Source: an uncultured Bdellovibrio sp.
GTDB lineage: Bacteria > Bdellovibrionota > Bdellovibrionia > Bdellovibrionales > Bdellovibrionaceae
Length of the DNA stretch: 64,000 bases
Direction of reading: 5' to 3'
NCBI GenBank assembly: GCA_963932905.1
Contig: CAWVRN010000013.1
Location: 32,001 to 96,000, forward strand
Below the pieces are notes generated by a model. That model ran no database searches and was not told the origin of the DNA. It saw only the letters and a list, made by a program, of their open reading frames with translations. The position numbers and the translations under genes were made by a program. Shown piece after piece: positions 60,202-64,000 of this stretch; the stretch's first letter is position 1; every line of letters starts with the position of its first letter.

Positions 60202-62217
60202 TTACCAGATAACGATACGGTCTTTATCCGATAATACCATCGGTGATCCGGCCTTGCAGCTGAAGGCTTCCTGGAAACCTGGCTGATGTTTTACTTGTTC
60301 ATTGATACGCGCCCAACCTAATGCGTGCGGATCTGTTTTCAATTGTTTTTCTTTGTAACCATCGCGTTTAACTTCGCACCATGTTCTTGCGTAGGACACG
60401 AAGAATTTTTGTTTGTCTTCTTTAGTCGCTTGCTTATCCTTGAATGCTGCTTTGTAGGCGAAGCTTAAACCAACTAGATCGGCTACGTTTTCACCTAGAG
60501 TTAATTTTCCGTTGTGGCCGGCTTTATCGAACTGAGCTACCATGCGTTCGCCTCGTTTTTGGAATTCAGCTAGATCTGCCATCGACATCCACACTCTTAA
60601 GCTGCCCTTGTCATCAAAACGTGAACCTTGATCGTCAATGCCATGGCCCAATTCATGACCCATGACCGCGCCGACCGCGCCTAAGTTTTCTTCCAAAGTG
60701 TTTTTGTCATCAAAGAATGGGTATTGCAAGATCCCCATTGGCATTACGAATTTGTTTTCACTTGGTGAAAAATACGCATTCACCGTTAAAGGTCCCATTC
60801 CCCAGGCATCTTTGTTTACTGGTTCGTACATTTCTTTGATTGTCTTTTTAATCAATGCCACTCGTAATTTTTGAGCATTTTTGATTGGCTCAGTTGCCGA
60901 GTACTTTTGAATTGGATTAAAATTCCATTCGCGATCTGTTTGTGGTGCTACGACTTGTAATCGGCAGCTTGTGATTTTCTTTTTCGCTACCTCTTTAGCA
61001 TCTTTAGATAACCACGTGCTGTTGTTGATACCGTCTAAGATAGAACCACGGATTTTTTCTGAAATTTCCACAACTTTTTGTTTTGGGAAATTTGGAAACA
61101 TTCTTTGCATTAGAACTTCATCGACTTCTTTTTCGAATTCGTTCATCATGCGCATTGTACAACGCTCTTGACGAACGGGACGACTGTCCGGCCCACCTAA
61201 ATGTTTTTTATTGAACGCAAATTTCTTAGCAAAGAAATCTGGGTAACCATCGTCCATTAAGCCAGACGCAGTTCTATACAGATAGACGTCTTTGATAGTT
61301 TCTAGGTTTTTCTGAGTTAAATATTCACTGTAGAACTTAAAGCCTTCAGGAATATTTACACGAACCGCCAACTTTTTTGGAAGTTTCTTGAAATAGACTT
61401 CGGTACCCAAATTTGGATAATCTTTCAAAAATTGCGCCTGAGGAATATCACGCTTTTCACCCCAACGTTGACGACGTTCCGCTGCCTTTGGATAGCGCTG
61501 AACGAATTCGGCTTCAAGGTTGTACATTCTTTCTACACGGCCTTTGATATCTTCCGCTGTAAGTTTTGGATCTACCGTTTTGAAGAATTCAGTCAACAAC
61601 GCTTTATAGTCTGCCACCAATTCTGGTTTTTCATAATAACCATGATCCGGTAAGTTCATGAAACTAACAGCCATGTAGGCATCATAAACATCAGGATTCT
61701 CTGCATTCGCGGAACTATCAAATACAACCAAATTTGATTTACCGGCAAAGAAATTATCTGAATCTAATTTCAAGAAATCTTTTACAGTTTTAACTTTTGA
61801 AATGGCTTTCAGGCGATCGGCCACTGTTGATTTTTCTTCTTTTGCACCGGCGCTTTCATTCATACAGGCAAGGTAGAAATTTTTAATTTGCATTGCACGC
61901 GGGCTTAATTTCTTTTCGTTTTCGATGTTAGCGAAAAATTCTTTCTTCTTGTTCAAGATTCTTTCAAAAGAATCGCTGAATGCAAATGTATGAGAACTAC
62001 GATCTGGACGAAGCTCAAAAGAATTTTCTACGTCGTTACAAACGTAATCATGGAAATTGTCACAAGCCGATACCGTTGAGCTTAAAGGGAAAGTCCTGCG
62101 TTCAGGAATCTCACTTGATTTTTTGCTCATTGGTAGCGTTTTTGTGTCTGTGTTTTGATTTGCAAAAGCCGTTGATAAAGCTAAAGCAGATAGACCCGCT
62201 AACAAAATGGATTTCAT
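60202..62217 (-). CDS. M13 family (neprilysin/PepO-like) metallopeptidase, secreted
   Basis: VNAYF, HELGH, GENVAD and DPH motifs; signal peptide. Confidence 0.95.
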   Translation of the reverse strand: MKSILLAGLSALALSTAFANQNTDTKTLPMSKKSSEIPERRTFPLSSTVSACDNFHDYVCNDVENSFELRPDRSSHTFAFSDSFERILNKKKEFFANIENEKKLSPRAMQIKNFYLACMNESAGAKEEKSTVADRLKAISKVKTVKDFLKLDSDNFFAGKSNLVVFDSSANAENPDVYDAYMAVSFMNLPDHGYYEKPELVADYKALLTEFFKTVDPKLTAEDIKGRVERMYNLEAEFVQRYPKAAERRQRWGEKRDIPQAQFLKDYPNLGTEVYFKKLPKKLAVRVNIPEGFKFYSEYLTQKNLETIKDVYLYRTASGLMDDGYPDFFAKKFAFNKKHLGGPDSRPVRQERCTMRMMNEFEKEVDEVLMQRMFPNFPKQKVVEISEKIRGSILDGINNSTWLSKDAKEVAKKKITSCRLQVVAPQTDREWNFNPIQKYSATEPIKNAQKLRVALIKKTIKEMYEPVNKDAWGMGPLTVNAYFSPSENKFVMPMGILQYPFFDDKNTLEENLGAVGAVMGHELGHGIDDQGSRFDDKGSLRVWMSMADLAEFQKRGERMVAQFDKAGHNGKLTLGENVADLVGLSFAYKAAFKDKQATKEDKQKFFVSYARTWCEVKRDGYKEKQLKTDPHALGWARINEQVKHQPGFQEAFSCKAGSPMVLSDKDRIVIW

Positions 62218-62286
62218 ATTTTCTTCCTTCTATTTTGATTTAGAAAATGACTTTTTTAATGCTAAGGCGATGCTATATCAATGTCA

Positions 62287-63183
62287 TTACATTATATCAG
62301 TCATGATATCTCGCAAAAAATGGTCGCGATAATTATACGGCAATGAATAATGACCCTCGCCATCAAACGTTTGAAAGCGCACATTCGTTAGTTGCTCTTT
62401 CATAAAACGCGACCAAATGGGATGAACGACATCGTCAGCGTTTCCGTGATATAAATAGTACGGCACTTTGATATCTTTAATTTCAAATCCCCACGGTTTA
62501 GAGTAGATACGCATATCAGACAAAAGTCCATATGGCCCATTCTTCACAGAAAATTTGAAGGTTTCTAACAAAAATGGTCCTGTTTCTGGATCATCTAAAA
62601 CTTTGCGATCATGAGGACCAATGTCCTCAAAATCCGACGTCAATATTTGATCAATTTTATCCGCATTTCTATTGTAGAGCTGCTCGATTAAAAATTGAAT
62701 GGCTGGTCTAGGCAATAGCTTGTTCAATAAATACATTTTCTTTTGAGCCTGATTTAAGAAAGGAAATTTCTTCAGCTCCATTGGAGCAATGCCATTAATT
62801 GATGTTGTCGCCTGAACACGATCTCCTAAAAAATACGAAACTGCCGCGGCATAAGGGCCACCGCCACTGACACTAATAACTACAAATTTATTGTAACCCA
62901 GAAGGTCCATCAGTTCTTCTGTGTTTTCGGCAAATCTTTTTAAGGTGAAATCAGATTCATACTCTGACGTTCCATAACCAGGTCGGTCCATTCCTATCAT
63001 GAAAAAATCTTTCTCATATACGCTGCCCTTTAAAAGCATTTGTCCTTGTTTCCCTGTCCCAGGAAATCCGTGTATGAAAAAAATTGGTTTCGCTTTGGAA
63101 CTACCATAAGTATAGTAGTGTACTTTTTTGCCAGATTTAGATGTGAAAAAATTTGATTGCATTTCCATAGGTGTATTCACCAC
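62287..63183 (-). CDS. Alpha/beta hydrolase
   Basis: HGFPG, DRPGYG, SVSGG, HGNADD and EGH motifs. Confidence 0.9.
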   Translation of the reverse strand: MVNTPMEMQSNFFTSKSGKKVHYYTYGSSKAKPIFFIHGFPGTGKQGQMLLKGSVYEKDFFMIGMDRPGYGTSEYESDFTLKRFAENTEELMDLLGYNKFVVISVSGGGPYAAAVSYFLGDRVQATTSINGIAPMELKKFPFLNQAQKKMYLLNKLLPRPAIQFLIEQLYNRNADKIDQILTSDFEDIGPHDRKVLDDPETGPFLLETFKFSVKNGPYGLLSDMRIYSKPWGFEIKDIKVPYYLYHGNADDVVHPIWSRFMKEQLTNVRFQTFDGEGHYSLPYNYRDHFLRDIMTDIM

Positions 63184-63284
63184 TGTAAAACGAGTGTTTA
63201 AAAATTACAAATCTTAAGAGTAAAAGACTGTTCTATGAGCCAGATCTGGCTTGAACTCTATCGAAATCGGCATAATCTTGAATT

Positions 63285-64000
63285 ATGAATTTAATAGACA
63301 TTTCAATTAAACGCCCCGTATTTGCCTGGATTTTAATGAGTGCGCTGATCATATTTGGCGCCGTCTGCCTGAATCGTATGGGAGTCAGTCAGTTGCCCGA
63401 TGTGGATTTTCCAATTTTAGATATTTCTGTAAACTACGAAGGCGCTGCTCCCGAACTAATTGAAACAGAAATTTTAGATCCGATCGAACAACGCTTGCTC
63501 AGCGTCGAGGGGATTAAAGAAATGAAGTCGTCGGCACGTCAGGGTACTGGTAGCGTGCGCCTTGAATTCGATATCAACAGAAATATTGATGTAGCCCTTC
63601 AAGAAGTTCAATCCAACTTATCGCAATTAGTTCTGCCAAAAGAAATAGACCCACCAGTCATTAAAAAATCAAATCCCGAAGAAGATCCCATCATGATGCT
63701 TGGAGTTTATTCGGGGGACACGAAACTAAATATGATCAAATGGTTAGATAACTACTTTCTAGATCAAATTCAGTTTATTCCCAATGTTGGCGAAGTTTCT
63801 ATCGCCGGTTTTTCTGTACGAAATTTACGTGTGTGGGTAGACCCCGTTAAACTACGAAGAAATGATCTAACGATTGTCGATGTTCTAGAGGCCATTTCTA
63901 CTCAACATATCGAATCCGCAGCAGGTCAGTTTGTGCATATGTCACAAGAACTGCGCGTGAAATGGCAAGGCGAACTTTTAAATATCAAAGAATTTGGTGA
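63285..64000 (+). CDS. RND efflux permease (AcrB/AcrD/AcrF family), 3'-truncated by the window edge
   Basis: My translation from the ATG at 63285 reads MNLIDISIKRPVFAWILM...QLPDVDFP...YEGAAPELIE; absent from the ORF track because there is no stop in the window. Confidence 0.92.
   Translation, partial: MNLIDISIKRPVFAWILMSALIIFGAVCLNRMGVSQLPDVDFPILDISVNYEGAAPELIETEILDPIEQRLLSVEGIKEMKSSARQGTGSVRLEFDINRNIDVALQEVQSNLSQLVLPKEIDPPVIKKSNPEEDPIMMLGVYSGDTKLNMIKWLDNYFLDQIQFIPNVGEVSIAGFSVRNLRVWVDPVKLRRNDLTIVDVLEAISTQHIESAAGQFVHMSQELRVKWQGELLNIKEFG

Noticed and set aside
1..64000. tRNA or rRNA genes
   Set aside because: None recognised by eye; intergenic spaces are short. A tRNAscan/Infernal run would be needed to exclude them formally

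Overview
Bacterial chromosomal window, most likely from a Bdellovibrionota (Bdellovibrio-like) organism. This taxon call is an inference from gene content and the style of the pilin-like proteins. The flanks carry housekeeping genes. Left flank (1-20.7 kb): ABC permease, an OlsB/OlsA-like acyltransferase pair, fumarylacetoacetate hydrolase, maiA, an A2/caa3-type cytochrome c oxidase operon, a fatty-acyl cluster and a sensor kinase. Right flank (47-64 kb): bamE, secA, trmL, a GcvH-like protein, a hybrid kinase, a CDF transporter, an M13 peptidase and a partial RND pump. Between them (~20.7-46.9 kb) lies a visibly more AT-rich accessory island with no integrase or core phage genes. Its centre is a tightly coupled 12-gene minus-strand operon (42352->30627). 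The operon holds three type IV prepilin-like proteins each fused to a phage tail-fibre self-cleaving chaperone (Peptidase S74-like) and a protein with a peptidase G2-like autocleavage domain. It also holds four radical SAM enzymes, three unknown proteins and a 215-aa candidate substrate ending WCHSSCHGSCHGARGRR. Satellite genes add a B12-dependent radical SAM enzyme, a sixth radical SAM enzyme, three 2OG-Fe(II) oxygenases, a Tat-like protein with a phage baseplate-like domain and further members of two paralog families. The best hypothesis is a phage-derived fibre/tip module grafted onto type IV pilins, with RiPP-like post-translational modification. All family assignments are by motif recognition only; no searches were run.
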